NCBI RefSeq assembly: GCF_026210795.1
Contig: NC_089434.1
Span: forward strand, 3,782,001 to 3,846,000
Direction: 5' to 3'
Source: Rhizophagus irregularis
Taxonomy: Eukaryota
Length of the DNA stretch: 64,000 bases
Shown: in pieces, positions 24,730 through 39,554 of the stretch
Layout of the letters: each line of letters starts with the position of its first letter
Numbering within the stretch: the first letter of the stretch is position 1
The notes under the pieces: model-generated
What the model saw: only the letters and a program-made list of their open reading frames with translations
The model's database searches: none
What the model was told of the DNA's origin: nothing
Program-made: the position numbers and the translations under genes

Positions 24730-25560
24730 ATTCTTTGCTATTATTCCTATTCTCCGTGGAATAAATAATACTAAATTAAATTTTAATGAATTTGGATTTT
24801 TTAGTGATAGTAAGAAAGCAATTAATATATTATCCTATAAATGGATATCAGAAATTGTGTTCTTTTGACTATTTTCTATTTTCCATTTTTCATTTTTTAT
24901 TTCTATTTTCTATTTTAATATATTCCTATTTATTCTAGAAAATTCATAATTTCAAGGACGCTCAATCACAATTTTTGGTGAAATGAATAATTAGCAATAC
25001 GTGTACTAAATAGTAACATATTATCGAATAAATACTTCTAATTTTTTAAAACTTTCAAAATATACTAAATCAAAATTTTGTTCCATCCAGTTTGCTTTAA
25101 TTTCAATTAAAAAGGATTGAATATACCCTATAAAAAAAATTCTGGAAAAAGCTCGTCATTTTTCTAGTTAGAAACTCAGACATGTGATCATTTTTCTGAA
25201 AAATTTTTTATAGAGATAGGTATTCTTAATTCATTAGCGGCAATCAGTAATTCAATTATATCTAATGGATCAATTTTTATTAAAGATTCCGCCATAAATA
25301 TATCTAATAAATAAAAATACAATATTTTGAGATTGAAAATGTAATGATAAAAATAAATTATTAATACATTGATTCAATTAGCTTTTCCTTAAAATTATTT
25401 CTGATAAAATATTAGATAGTTCAGTACGTGCCAAAGTTCCATCATTATTTTTTATATTAGTCGATAACTTTCTTCGCAGATAAGGAGAACAGTAATTTAA
25501 AAAGACCGGCTTTAATTTTTATATCGTAATATTCGTCATCATCCAAAATTCTGTGAATTG
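24730..25560 (-). pseudogene. BTB/POZ(-TLDc) family pseudogene
   Basis: LDDDEYYDIKIK..LNYCSPYLRRKLSTN..YIYGG..ELLIAANEL..IQSFLIEIKANWMEQNFDLVY; paralogous to 54970-56470; interrupted by a MITE. Confidence 0.85.
25126..25215. mobile_element. CCC..GGG MITE, 3-bp TSD ATA
   Basis: CCCTATAAAAAA ... TTTTTTATAGAG flanked by ATA on both sides; splits the BTB coding sequence. Confidence 0.75.
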
Positions 25561-28500
25561 TCAATAATGTTCGTTTATGCATTTTCAATGATTGTTGAAC
25601 CATCATTACACTTTTGCAAAATGAATTGTTGATGCTTAGTACCACGCTTTTCCCACATGATGATGTTAGTAAGATTATCTTTTTTTACCCCTATAAAAAC
25701 GCAGGTTTAAAAAAAAATTATTGAAACATCAAGAACAAAATTTCGATTAAATTTCAAAGTAGACAGAATTGTCCTCATAGCTGTATTCCCATTTTTGACC
25801 GCGAGAAGGTTCAGTATGCGTACCTTTGTGAAAATTAAAATAATTTAATTTGTGGAATTAGAGTCAATAAAAATGATATTTTACTAAATGACTCACCATA
25901 ATTCGAATTTTCCTTGATTATTAAAGAAAAAATTACTTTAATTTAGAAATTAGTAGATTTTGATTTCAATAATTAAGCTATATTATTCTTACCTCCAAGC
26001 GACATACAGTATTTAACAAGCAATAATCACATTACATTATATTTATATCAGAAAATTATGTAACACTTTACGGTGTCGTATTTCTTAGTATGTTGGATAA
26101 TTTCGACAAAACTACAAAACGAGCTTCAAGAACTTTACCGGGATGTTTAATAATAATTAGTCATTTTCAGAATAAATTCAGCAGATATAAAGTTGAATAT
26201 CAAAATTTTTGTACACCGGCAAAACGGAAATTCATTTAGCCAAATTGCACAAATCACACGCCAATAATGACTTGCCATAGTTGCGCACAGGAATAATGTT
26301 TTTTTTTCTTCTAACGGGTGACGAGAAATATTAAAGATTTTATTTGTGGCGCTACCTATAATCTTGTAAGTTCGTAACAAAAGTCATACTTTTAACTACT
26401 ATTCTTTTATTCAAAATAACCGTTTAAATTAATCTTACATGAAAATGAGAAATATTGAATTCAAACTGGTTTTTATCCGATCAGTTAATTTGATTCACCC
26501 ATTTAAATTCGATAAAATATGCACTATATTGAACTTTAAAGCTGAAATTGCATGATATTGCCGGTTGGTATTATTTAAAAATTGAATTTACTCTATATAA
26601 TTGTATTAAATAAGAAAAATAATTTTTCATATTTTAAAAAAAATTAAACATTTTAAATTTCGAGAACAGAGAATTTTATCATCCTTTATATATCTATTTT
26701 TTTATAATTAGTTAAAAACTTTTCCTTCAGCGACGTGTACCGATCGCAAAGTTAATACTTTTATTAAAATATTATTCATATGCTGGTAAATAATTTGTTT
26801 TAAAAGGTACAAACAAAAAAAAGAAAAAAATATTAAAACTATTCATTTTTATCAATCACAGGACATAGGCTGCCTATAGGAAATATTTTGCTTGTTTTGA
26901 ATAGTGGATACTTTTGGAATGTCAGTTTCTTCTAAAATACCTTTCTTTACTAATTTCGTAAGTTCATATCACATTTCCTGCCTTCTATATCTATTTCTCT
27001 TATTAATTTGCAAAAATAATTCCCCGAAATGTATTAGTAGAATTCACTGGTTTGGAGACGGATCACGAATTAACTTTAACAAATTCATCGGCAATTAAAG
27101 GATTTTCAAGGCCAAGTTTATCAATTAAATCTTGAATTTCCTCTAATTTTTTCATGTTAAATCAGAAGAACTTCACTGAGATCCATATAATAATCATATT
27201 TTTATGCAAATATCTGCTTTTGACCAGCAATTTTCGCACGTGCGATATATTTAATGCACTTTTTGACGTTTGATAATTTTATTTTGAACATGAAAGAAAA
27301 CAAATTTTCATTTCGTATTTCTTATCAATAAAAAGTCCTTTCAAAATATAAAAGATTATACTTTTTGAAAGTCGGATACCAACTATATTATGAATTTAGG
27401 AGCATTAATGAATAAAATTCCTTTGGGTGATACTTTATGTTTGATAATAAAATTGCAAAATTATAAACTTATATATATAAACTTGTCAATTCATTAAATT
27501 CAAGCGCATAAAGCCTGAAAAAAGATATATCGTCAAAAAACAAACGCTCATTTTCTGAATCCAATTCAAATTCTTTCAATAATTCAGAAGACACAATTAA
27601 ATTTAATTCAAATCCCATACTAATCCTTTAAAATGGACAAATTACTTTTAATAACTCGTATGCAAAATATACAAAATAACCCGTTGCAGAAATATTATTA
27701 TCGAAACTTTTCGCCGATATCCATTTCGTCGAAGAGATGTTTCGCCAAAGGGATATGTTTCACGGGACCCAGAAATATATAAAAGGGTCATTAGAGTTTG
27801 CATAAAAAATCATGAAAATCTTTCCTTTTTTAGATAATTTTTGATAATGCAAGTCAGAATATATTTCCTATTATAGTAACTGGCTGACATTATCATAATT
27901 CCGGCCCTGAAAAAATGCGTACAGCTCATAGTAAAAAATTTTTTCACTTGACCCCCTATATATATATTTTTGGGTCCTCATTTCACCAAATTCCGTTTCG
28001 CTGAAGCCATTTTAATGTATGGTCATTTCGCCAAAAATTTTATTTATTCCATTTTGTTACTGTATTTTATTGTTTTTATATTAAATACACTCATAAAAAA
28101 TTCTTTATTGAGAAAAAATTTTGAATTAATTGATTTTTACACGCCAAACATGCTTAACTTACTTCAGACGGAAATAAAATGTAGCTTTCGTCACACGAAA
28201 TAAACAGACACTCCCCATTATGCAACTCATGTAGTACCTCCTTTAACTATACAAGATAAAAAAGAAAAAAATACAACACATAATAGTCCTCTTTACATGC
28301 CAAACACTCTTGATCTCAATTTCTTCAATAAAGAATTTAACATTGCTTTACTATAACCATGTAGACGTAAAGCATGAATTCTTTATCAATTATATCTCCG
28401 TAGGATATTGTATCAGCAGCTTTTGCGAAAGACCCAGAGATGCGAATTTTTGGAGCTTATCACTTGGGTTTTTGAGCATTGATATCATTGATACGTATGT

Positions 28501-29963
28501 ATAGAATCTATAAGAGAAGTGTCGGTAGGAAGGTTATTTGTTTCAGAAGGGGAGGTTGTATCAACCAAAGAGTTAGGGTTTCATATCAGTAGGAAGAGGT
28601 ATCATCAATATCATAGAGTGGACTCTACATCAAACTTGAAAAGTATATGGAAAATTCTACCAAAGTAGGACTTTATGAGTTAGTAAAATTAAACAAAATT
28701 AAAAGCAATTTGTACCTAACTTCTAACCAATTAAAGGAGTTTGGTCAACTTTAAAAGATATATTTGCTAGAATTGGCTCTTATCCTGCCGCTATTAGAGT
28801 CGTGTGCTTTTAAGGAAATGGTTACTTCTAAGGTTATAGGTATACTTTGGAAAAGATGATTTGGTAATGTGGAAGCACATTATGAAGATTTTGACATTGA
28901 AGATAAACTTTTTATATGAAGTTATAAATTTTAATAAAATTCACATTAAAACGTAATTAACTGGAAGCCTTAAAAAGAATTATTAATGAATAAAGAAAAT
29001 TCAGCCTAAACTACTATTTTTGCATGATTACATACAAATATTCTAGGTGTATTAAAAATTTATTTAAGATTTTTTGATCTAATATTTGAAAACATCAAGT
29101 AGTGGTACTACTTACTAACCAAAAAATTTTTGGTAACATGACATGACGAATTTTATGTTCAGATTCCATTTATCAAAAAAATTTCACATTTAAAAAATGC
29201 AAAGAAGCGTTTATTTAAATATTTCTCATAATTCTTTTTTATTTATAAAATTTGTTGGCTTTTTTTAGTAAAATAGTAGCAGTGACCCATAGTTTCACAT
29301 TAGAACTAATGTTTTTTGATCAATATAGATTATGTGCATAAAAATGATAAAATATATTATATAAATAAGCGATTATTTTAGAGAAAATGGTAATTATGTG
29401 CTAAAATGTTTTTTTATTTTCAATTGAAAACAGTAGTAATATAACTTATTATATAAATAGCTTATGCTATTATTTAATGCAAAAAAAACGTATAACAACG
29501 TAATATATTATGTAATTATTTCCATGTAACCAATATTTTTGTCATATCAATCTATGCTAATTCAGTTATTTAAATTCATCATTTTTTTTTCTTTTTTGAA
29601 CTTTATATATGCTTGTAAAAATATCATCCCATTTTGTATTTCATTACTTTTTCCAGATGGGTCATCTCTCCCGAGGTTCTGAAAAATATAAAATATTTTC
29701 AAAATAAAAACTGATCACGGTTCTAAAAAAATTGTAAAATTTTTATGTTATTATTTATAATTTATTTAGTATTGTCATAAATATTAATAACAATATATAA
29801 TAGTAATTTATAAATAATTGCATTCCTTAACTTACCCTTCCCAAAAAATTATTTAAAAACAAGCTTCGTTTCGCTACCATAATTCCGAATTCGATAATGG
29901 AACAATTCATTAATATACAAACATCATAATCTTATAGAAATACAAAATTGAAAATTAATAATT

Positions 29964-30149
29964 CCCTGTAAAAAAAATCAATCCGTTTTTTATATTCCAT
30001 CTTTTTTATGTAAAAGGCTCATATTTCCGGAATTAATAACTTTATATCACGGAATTTATCGAATTATTTACATTTTCCGTGAATGGATCCGTGAAAGGCT
30101 CATTTTTACGGAGTTTTTACAGAAATAATGGATAAAATTTTTTACAGGG
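29964..30149. mobile_element. CCC..GGG MITE (186 bp), 3-bp TSD ATT
   Basis: CCCTGTAAAAAA / TTTTTTACAGGG termini with ATT flanks; second copy at 42601-42785. Confidence 0.88.
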
Positions 30150-31729
30150 ATTTCTTAATTCAACTTAACGATAATCATAAATTAAGACAATTAACAAAAT
30201 TATGACTTCATCAAATTAGAGAAATTACCAAAAAAGTATCAATGTTCGTATTTATTAAGAATGTGTCAATTATGTACCATTAATAAAAATTGCCTACCAG
30301 ATATAAAAGGTGGAATTACAAAAGTTAAGATTCATATCAAAAATATTTGAATAATTAAGGAAAAATTCAATTTCAGAGGGACGAAATTAACCAACAAAAT
30401 TATAATGATATATGCTTTAAAAAAGGTATGATTTAGAAATAGTGAAGATTAACTACTTCAAATGTTACCACTTCAACAAAAACTCAAATACTTCTATATC
30501 AAAGGTTGTCATAATAATTATGTCACATTAGAACGTAATGGTCATGTGGATTAATTTTATCATTAACAATATTACACATTAATTAATACTTATAGAAAAA
30601 TTGTATGAAAGAAATTGTCATTATTAACATTAATAATTATTAGTAATAAAAAGGAACCATATTATAATTATCCTAATGAAATGTATTCATTAAAAAGAAA
30701 ATAATATGAAAAAAGAAAAGTGGGGAAATTTTTTTTACAAACAAAAGGTTCAACGATCTGCTGTGGTCGGTCTGAAACAGATCAAAATTACATTAACCAG
30801 AATCGGTTAGCGTCCTATCGAAATGTGCAGCTTTTGACAATAAATAGATCAGGCGCAGGCATGTCACAGGGTTTAATATTATGGCACGGGTTTTTACGTT
30901 ACACAATTCTAGTTATTTCCGAATAAATAATTAATATTTGATAATAAAAAGTCTTTCAAAAACTTGATAGTTTTACTCAAGTTTGTAAAAAAATATCTTT
31001 CAATATTATTTAATAAAGTAGAATACAATTAATTTAAAATATAGTGTAGAATATAAATAATAATAAGAATAATAATCTCCAAGACAAGATTACAGAAAAA
31101 AACACACGTATCGATATATTTACTATTTTAGATTATTAATACAAAGTCATATTGCCAAAAATTATTGGTGGTGTTCTTTAGAGTAGTTGTTTTCTAATAT
31201 ACCAAAACATGTTCAATAATTGAAAACAAGTTCCATATAAAAAGATATATATAAGCCAGTAAAGCCACTTTTAAGCCCCATCCTTATTTAATCATCAGGT
31301 AAGCAAATAAATTTATGCTATATATCAAATTTACACCCTTCATTATTATCTCAATATTGAGTCTAAATAGAGAATAATACTAGTAATGTGAAATTCAGAA
31401 ATTTTATTAGATCATGAAAAATTCTAATACATTGTTAACCAAAATGATTTGTGAGTTGTAAAAGCTTATTGAATAATCTTGGATATTTAAGAATAGAATG
31501 GAAAAAAAGATTTCCACAATGTTCATGCATTTAACATGTAAGCCACTTATAAGCCCCTAGTTATTGTTCATAACCTGATTAATAATCATATTAAAAATGA
31601 ATAATATATTAAGCCACTTAAAAGCCCTTGTCTAATGTTTTACAGCCTATCATTGAATTATTAAATAAAAACCTTGTGTTTATTAATTCAGCTGAAGTGT
31701 AAATGTTTAGGCTTTTTAAAGTATAACAA

Positions 31730-34700
31730 AGAGATACTGATTCTTATTATAAAATGCTATTGAAAATATTTTGAAAGACCTGATAAATGAGTTTGATATT
31801 TTAACTTACCCTGAATATTTCCATAAATATAAAAAATTATTTCACAATCAAATAGAAACTAATTACATTGAAAAGACAAAATGGATCAAATTATAATAAA
31901 GAGAAAAAAGGAAATTTTAGTTAGATTTCAATATTTAACTATTAAAAATGTAGAACCATTTTTCTATCAACAGCTGTTATTTAATAAACCTTCCAGAAAT
32001 AAAATACACTCATTTATCACTCTCCTCTTTTAACAGTTTCCAATTTTTTTAAAAAAAAATATAAAAAATACACACCCTTTATTTTTGAATAAAAAATTAA
32101 ACCCAAAAATTTTATTTTTTAAAAATTACATGAAAAACAAAAATGTCTTACAAAGAAAATACACACTATTGGTCATTTTCTTTTGAGCCCTGATAAAGTA
32201 ATTCAGTGCTTTTTGGAAAATTTTATATGCCCATATCCTGAAACAAATGGTTTTCCATTCAAATTACATAACAATTATCCTATACCAAACTTTGTGGAAG
32301 AGATAAAAAATTTATACATCATATAGAATCACTAATTAAAGAAAACAAATAAATAAATTAATCAGAAATCAATAATCTATTAAATATTTTCAAAAAATTT
32401 GAACATTTAGTAATTCACGAAGGTCATCTTTCCAATAATACACTTACAAACAAAACTAAAATTAAAAATTGATGACAATAATTCAATAAGACAGAATTTT
32501 TAATTTTGTCAACTATAAATGATTACTGCCACAAATTCAAACAACAACTTGGACCTAATCAAGATTAACTAATGATATATCATCCAATCTGACCAACTCA
32601 ACATCGAATGAATAAGGATCATCTAACTCAAAAATAAAGATCTAATGGATATAGATTATGAATTTATTATTATCAATGATGTGATTTAACAACAAATCAA
32701 TAATAAAGTATCATATGATAAAGAATTATCCAATTACAATCAAATGAACAAGGATTAAATGATCAAACAACTCAACCAATGAATTTAAATAATGAATCAT
32801 TTAAAGAGAATGACATTCTCATGGACTCAATTAAATCCATTGAAAAACTACTTAGTAAACTATCATGTAATTTAACAAATATAACTAATAATAATATTAA
32901 CAATAATGTAATTCAAGATAATAATACAGGTTTAACTGGTAATATTAGCTGATTAATAATTGAATCAAATAATAACCCAAAACCAATTAAAACCAATAAT
33001 ATAACATAACCAATCAATGAATCTAATCAATCAAGAGTTAATCATTATAAATCCAACCAATCAAAAAAGAAACATTGACCAATTATAGAAAACAATAAAT
33101 CAGATGAAACCAATAGGCAATAGTAATCAAAGACAGAGAAATAATCAAAAAACCAAATGAAACCATTAATAAAAAATTAAAGGCAAATAACTCCAAGCCA
33201 AATATAATAGGATCAAATTCCAACAATCCTATTATTATTAATGAGACAAAGATAATAATGATGTAAACTCCAACAAATAAAACTCATGAAGAAAAACAAA
33301 AAACAAAAGAAATTACAAAATTAAACCATAATCTAATGAAATTTCTGATCATCACTCCACTTACTGATCTACATTTCAACACTATGTATGGTATTCCAAT
33401 ATACAATGCAAATACCTCTATATGGAATTGTTGAAGCCCATGTGGTAATACTACATAATACTCTATCTTTATTTAGTATTTCACCATACATATTAGAAAA
33501 TTTAGACAATTTTAGCTGTATTTAAATTATTTCTTAATTGTAGCACTAATTCTATAATAGCAGTATTAATGCAACCAATTTGTCACATTCCTTATATTTA
33601 AAAAATTACAAATATTTAATTGACAATTTATTAATATCAATGCAATAAACATAAAAGATATTATTGGCAAACAGCTCTATAATTTAATTTCAAACCCTAT
33701 AATTATATCAAGTAATGAAGTATTAAACACTCCACAAAATCAATATAAAGTATAATATTATAATTTCATTTTGAAGATAAAAGCATTCATTTTTCTTTAT
33801 TACTGGCTCAACTGGTACGGAAAGAACTTATTTAATAAAGTAAATAATCAATTACCTTAAAAGCACCAATAAAAAATTTTATTAATGGCTCCAACTGGTG
33901 TAGTAGCAGAAAATGTTAGTAGTGAAACAATTCACTTTAAATTAAAAATCAATGGTAATATTTACAAATTACAAACTCTTTCTTTATATGATAAAACATT
34001 TAAATGGTGAATTAAGAAAATATAATATATTATAATTGATAAAATATCAATGGTTTCTTCCCAACTCCTTACATTTATAAGTAAAATATTTTGTAAGCTT
34101 CATAATAATTCACTTGAATTTGGTGATATACCTGTTTTTGTAATAGTAGGTAATCTAACTCAACTTCCACCTGTGAAAGGAGATCCAGTATTTTACTCTC
34201 CATTATGGAAAGTATTTTTCCATTATTCTTAGAAAAGCACATCATCAACAGAAAGATGAGGAATTTTTTCAAATCCTTCAAAAAATTAGAATAGGAATAT
34301 TAAGTGAGCAAACAATTCAAGCAATTAAATTGAAAGTTTAGACATATCAAGAGCAAAATAATATAACTTTAGATACAACTTACATTGTATCACACAGAAA
34401 GATAGCTCAAACTATAACTTCCATAATATCAACAAAATTACCATCATTTAATTTAAATGAAGAATCATTTACTTCAATTTCAGTTGATTTTGTGAATAAT
34501 GAATAATGGAATAGATTTCAATCAGAAAAGCATTTATTCATCATACAAACTATTCTGTTAAACTAGTATTGTTAGTAGATATAAGAGTTATGTTTTAATA
34601 ATACTCAATTAAACATGGACTATATAATGGTTCAATAGGTGTAATTATAAAAATATGCAATCAAGAATGTGACTATTCAAAAAGTTACAGCATTTTTTAC

Positions 34701-34965
34701 ATTTAATGGTATACCAGCAAAAAGAACTCAATTTTCATTGCAAAATGTCTGTTCATAAACCCAAAGTATTACATTAATCTACAGTACACTTTCTTTAGAT
34801 GAGTCAATTTTTGCCTGTAGGCAAGCTTATATTGCAATAAGCAGATCTCTATTATGGGATAAACTTGGTATAACTCCATTTAATGTAAATTCCATTAATA
34901 AGTATTAGAAGAATATTGGAGATTACAAGAAATATATGATAAAAATATTAGAGCATTCTTTGCTT
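31730..34965 (+). pseudogene. Helitron-like PIF1 helicase relic with a ~1.6-kb insert at ~32000-33580
   Basis: YFERP..LTYPEYF..RFQYL..FFYQQLL; FFITGSTGTE; LMAPTGVVAENV..TIH; IIIDKISMVS; GNLTQLPPV; YNGSIG; RTQFSLQN; HKTQSITL; QAYIAISR. Confidence 0.88.
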
Positions 34966-35559
34966 GAATATTTTTAACTGTATATTATATTATAAACTTT
35001 GTAAATAGCTTAAAGGAAAAATTAATATCAATTTTTTTTTATTTTCACTGAAAACTTTGTTTTTAAATTTAGAATCTAAGATATTAAAACAAAACTTTAT
35101 ATAAATTTAATAATTTTTACTAAATCTTGCATCAGCATTTACACTAACCCAACTCCCCTCTAAATATGAACTCTTACTGATAAAAAAATTTTAGACACAA
35201 AAAAAGCTTTTTTTTTATTATATAATGAAAAATAATAATTCACATATTAAAATCATATTTTTATAAATTATAATAACGCATTTTTTTTGTTAAAAAAAAA
35301 TTTTTAATTTAATAATTTTCATATGATGATAAAGAAAATTTAGGAAAGGTATTTCTTTTTTTAGTTAGAAATTATTTTTGTTTTAAAAAAAATCATCACA
35401 TTCCAGATTTATATAGATTGACATTTTAATTTCTAAATTTATTTTTTTTTTTCACATAAACATTATAATGGTTTTAATTACATGCAGAATAGGAAACTCT
35501 TTTTTACAAATTGTTAAAATCGCTTAAAATTTGCAGTAAATATCTTGCAATTTATAGAA

Positions 35560-37850
35560 ATGTCTAGAAACGCTAAATGAGGTGGTAGAGGTGGTAGACA
35601 AACATGTAGCTCAAGCCATAATTTCCAAGCTGGTGGAAGTAGGCCAACTAGTCCTGAAAATCAGCTTACCTTCAGTACACCGAAGGATACTAATGCTCCT
35701 CATGAGGGTATTTGGAAAACCTATCAGAAAAAGCTGCAACTAACTTCTAATAAAAAAATGACAGAAGCTCTGGAAGCAGAACATGCTATGGACATGGAAA
35801 AAAGTATTGTTCAGAATACTTATGGCCTAACTCCAAACCGACCCATTCGGAGCTTTAGGAAGATCGCATTTGTAATATCTGCAGTAATCCCACTCATATG
35901 GCTAAAGATTGCACTAACAAAAATATTAACAAGTCTTAATCGAAATGATTTGTTAGTGGTGCTGATAATTGGAAAACTTGAAAAGTCTTATGCAGAGACA
36001 GCTAAATCAAAACAAAAACCCAGAAATAGTTTTAATTCTAATAATAATAATAATCCTTCTGGATCACATGATCGGGAAAGAGTTCAAGGCAATATTAATA
36101 ATACTGCAGATGGGGATAGTGAAGACTTCAATAACCATCCGAATTTCTTGAAATTTAAGGAACAAATTATTAACACTATGAGGAAGGTGGAAGAAAAATT
36201 ACTTAAAATGGAATCACTCATTGGTGACACTAGAAAGCAAATTAGTGAAGTAGTTACGGTACAACAAGCGTTCAAATGTGATAAAAATCATAAAATGCAT
36301 CCAGTTTTAATCAGTAAGAAAAAGAAAAATCAACAATCTGCGTCTGGTGCAGAAGTAAAAGCAGCGAAAAACGCTGTAAAGTGACTCTGAATCAAGTGAA
36401 GATGAGGATGAACTAATAAACAAGTCTACTCTCCAATCACAACAATTTCAAAAATCAGATCAAAATATTCAAAGTATTGTTGATCAGCAAAAGCAAATAC
36501 AACAAAATCACCAGGAAACTAAATCCTTACTTTCAACACTCTACAATATGCTATCTGGCGGCCCTTCAGCTTCATCATTAGGGGATGATGATGAAGTTTC
36601 TGATGATTCTGTCATATAATTATTTTAATGATGAATAATAATATAATTTCTCCTTCTAGTTCGACAATTCAACAACAAAAAAATTTCCCCCAAATAGAAA
36701 ATAACAACCCATTAATTACAAAAAAATCCTTAAAAAATTCTTTAATAACTAAATAGCTACTACGAATGTTCGTACCCTTAGTAAAGATAAATTAGTTTTT
36801 ACGTTAGACGCTATGAAAAATAATGATATTGATATATATGGATTAGTTAAAACTAATCTTTCAATTAGAACATCAAAAATATGGCAACAACAATTCAGTT
36901 TCCATGAATACTTCAATTATTCACAACGGAAGGGTAGAGAACAAAGCATAGGAATTATCATTAGCGATAAATACGATATATTTGTAGTTGGGTACAAAGG
37001 TTATGTTTTATACTTAAACTTAAATTTTAGTCAAAAGAAAAATGTTTGATTAATTCAAGTATACATTAATGCTAATAAAAAAGAAAGAACACAAATTGAA
37101 GAATTATACAAATATGTTGAAGATATCATTGACAAAGCTAAACAAAAAAATATGGAGATAATCATTATGGTGATTTTAACATTAATTATAGAAAATACTT
37201 AATGGCTTTTATTACAAACTGATGGTACTTTAAATTGTTCAAAATGTTAGAAAATAGATACCTTTTGAATATAATTCCAATATTTAATGAAGATGATGAA
37301 AATATATATACATATATTTCACCTAATGATTCTAATGAAAAATCAAGAATAGATTATATTTGGGCTTTATTACTGATACTTGGTCAAAGTATCAATAGTG
37401 CTGTAATTGAAAATTATCATTTCACGACAGATTACAATACTGTTATATTATCGCTTGACACACAATTATTTATAGAAAAGGCACTACTTAAGGTTAATAA
37501 GAGTAAGAAGAAAATAACTTGTACTATATTCTTATATGATGAAATGGATGTAAAGATAATGAGTTTACATGGGATAACTTCCATGCTGGTTTAGACCATA
37601 AAATTGAAAGACATAAATTAAATTGTTTAATTACAAAAAGAAAACATATTGATCATGTGTAGGATTGTCTTAGGCAAATTATAATGAAATCTGCTAAAAA
37701 ACATATTAAAAACAAAAATGTTATGAAAAACAAACTCAAAAATGCACCTGAGAAAAAATTAGCAGTATATTTTGATTAAGATATATTATCAATCATATTC
37801 AAGAAATCTGCTCATATATTACAAGATTAAGAAACTGTTCAAATATCAAT
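35560..37850 (+). mobile_element. 5' part of a LINE (ORF1 with zinc knuckle + ORF2 AP endonuclease), pseudogenised
   Basis: ORF1 starts MSRNAK*GGRGGR and has CNICSNPTHMAKDC (~35870-35912); endonuclease KIATTNVRTL, IDIYGLVKTN, GDFN (~37170), SRIDYIW. Confidence 0.88.
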
Positions 37851-39554
37851 TCTGGGGATTGATTCTGATAAAGGTCACCAAAAATACATAATTTGGTAAA
37901 TGTGTAGACTAAATATTAAATTACTAACACTTCATTGAACATACAAAAAATATCATTATTGTAATCAATTTCCACTATTTAATTATCACTTATGACTTGA
38001 TCTTTATTATATAAGAAAATTTACATATACTTTACAATCAGTTTAGAACAAAAAACAACTATGTATCAAACTAATCAAAAATATTAAAGAAAAAAAAATA
38101 AGATAATAAATAAAATGTTATTGTTTAATAATAAAAATATTTTTTTTAAATAGAGTAAAATAATAATTTCTCTTTTCCATATTTTAACACTATGAAATAA
38201 TTATCTAAAAGCTTGAATCTCGAACTGTCTATTTGCATCATATGTTGCAATAACATTTCTCCTACTGCAATATCATCACTAAATTCGTTATTATTATTTT
38301 TTGGATGTTCTACATATTTCAAGAATAAATCTCCAACTGCATTGTTATCACTAAATTTATTATTATTCTCTGGAAGATCTTCAACTAGAGGACTAAGTAA
38401 CTGGAATGTATAAACAGTTTAAAACAATAAAAAGATATTATTGGGCATTTTTTATAAAACTAGTAACGATTTTGTTGATCATTTGTTGATCATTTATTTT
38501 TAAATTTATTATAAATTTTGTCATGAGATTTTCTATGGAAATCATTTCTCAATTTGTTATTAAAACACCTGCTGAATTGCCTCGAAATTGAAAATCATTT
38601 CTCTTTTTATAAAAAAATTTCCTTTTTGGTAAAAAACTCTCAAATTAATTTTATATAACTTTATGTAAAATGACAATGACAATGACAATGTCAGTGTCAA
38701 TGTCAATGTCAATGTCAATGAAAAAAACTTCTAATGCCAACTTTTCGCAAAAACTCTTCCTGTGCCACTGAAAATACCTGTTAAATTGAGACATCATTCA
38801 ATATTTGCATGTTTTCATTTGTTTGCTGATCAATTTCACTATTATAATATTATTTACTGTTGCAGCATTTTCGCTATAATTTAAAAAAATTTTTAAATAA
38901 TTTTAACAAAAAATGTTTTATCATTAATTAATAAATTATAGTTTTTCAATTTAATTTTTAAAATGTTAATTTTAAAATAATACATGTATTATGACAATTT
39001 CTCTCTATAAAAAAATAAAATAAATAATAAGTAAAGTTAGAACCATCCAAAAAAACCTTACTGGGTAGTAAATTTTATGTGTATTTATTTATCCATTCCT
39101 AGGAGATTTTGCAGTGAAAATTAACTATTGATTATACATTTATACTATAATAAACAGATTTGAAAATTTGAGTAATTCAGAAAGATTTGCATTTTCCAAA
39201 TTAGAAAAACTTTTAATTTATTCATAATTTTAATATTATTTTACAATTGTAATAGCAGGAGATATAATTTGGCCTATCGGTCATATATGTAATACATATT
39301 ACCAATTTAAATATAGGATTTCCGATTTTAATATTGCAACATGTGATCATGTATTACGGTTATTAACAAAGAATTTTTTTATTTTTCAGCTGATTATTTT
39401 TTTGTCTTTTCATTTACAAAAACCTAATAAAATAGAAGTAAAATTTTATTTTTTTTCCTTAAATATAAACACAAACACATTTAAATTAAATAACTCAGAA
39501 TTTAAATATAAACAAATATTATAGTTTGTTTACACATATTTCAAATTATAGTTT

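Noticed and set aside
26860..27200. Chimeric coding fragment (EEIQDLIDKLGLENPL / GILEETDIPKVSTIQN)
   Set aside because: Probably two tiny transposase C-terminal relics, too short to assign
30844..30866. TAGATC..AGGCGCAGGCAT motif shared with ~56772-56795
   Set aside because: A single short match is not enough to call a regulatory element
38670..38720. (TGACAA)n/(TGTCAA)n microsatellite as a functional hairpin
   Set aside because: Short simple repeat, explained by slippage
38460..38880. Second copy of the Academ-like element ends (TTGTTGATCATTTG repeats, GCATTTTCGCTATA)
   Set aside because: Only short degenerate matches, with no paired TIR or TSD
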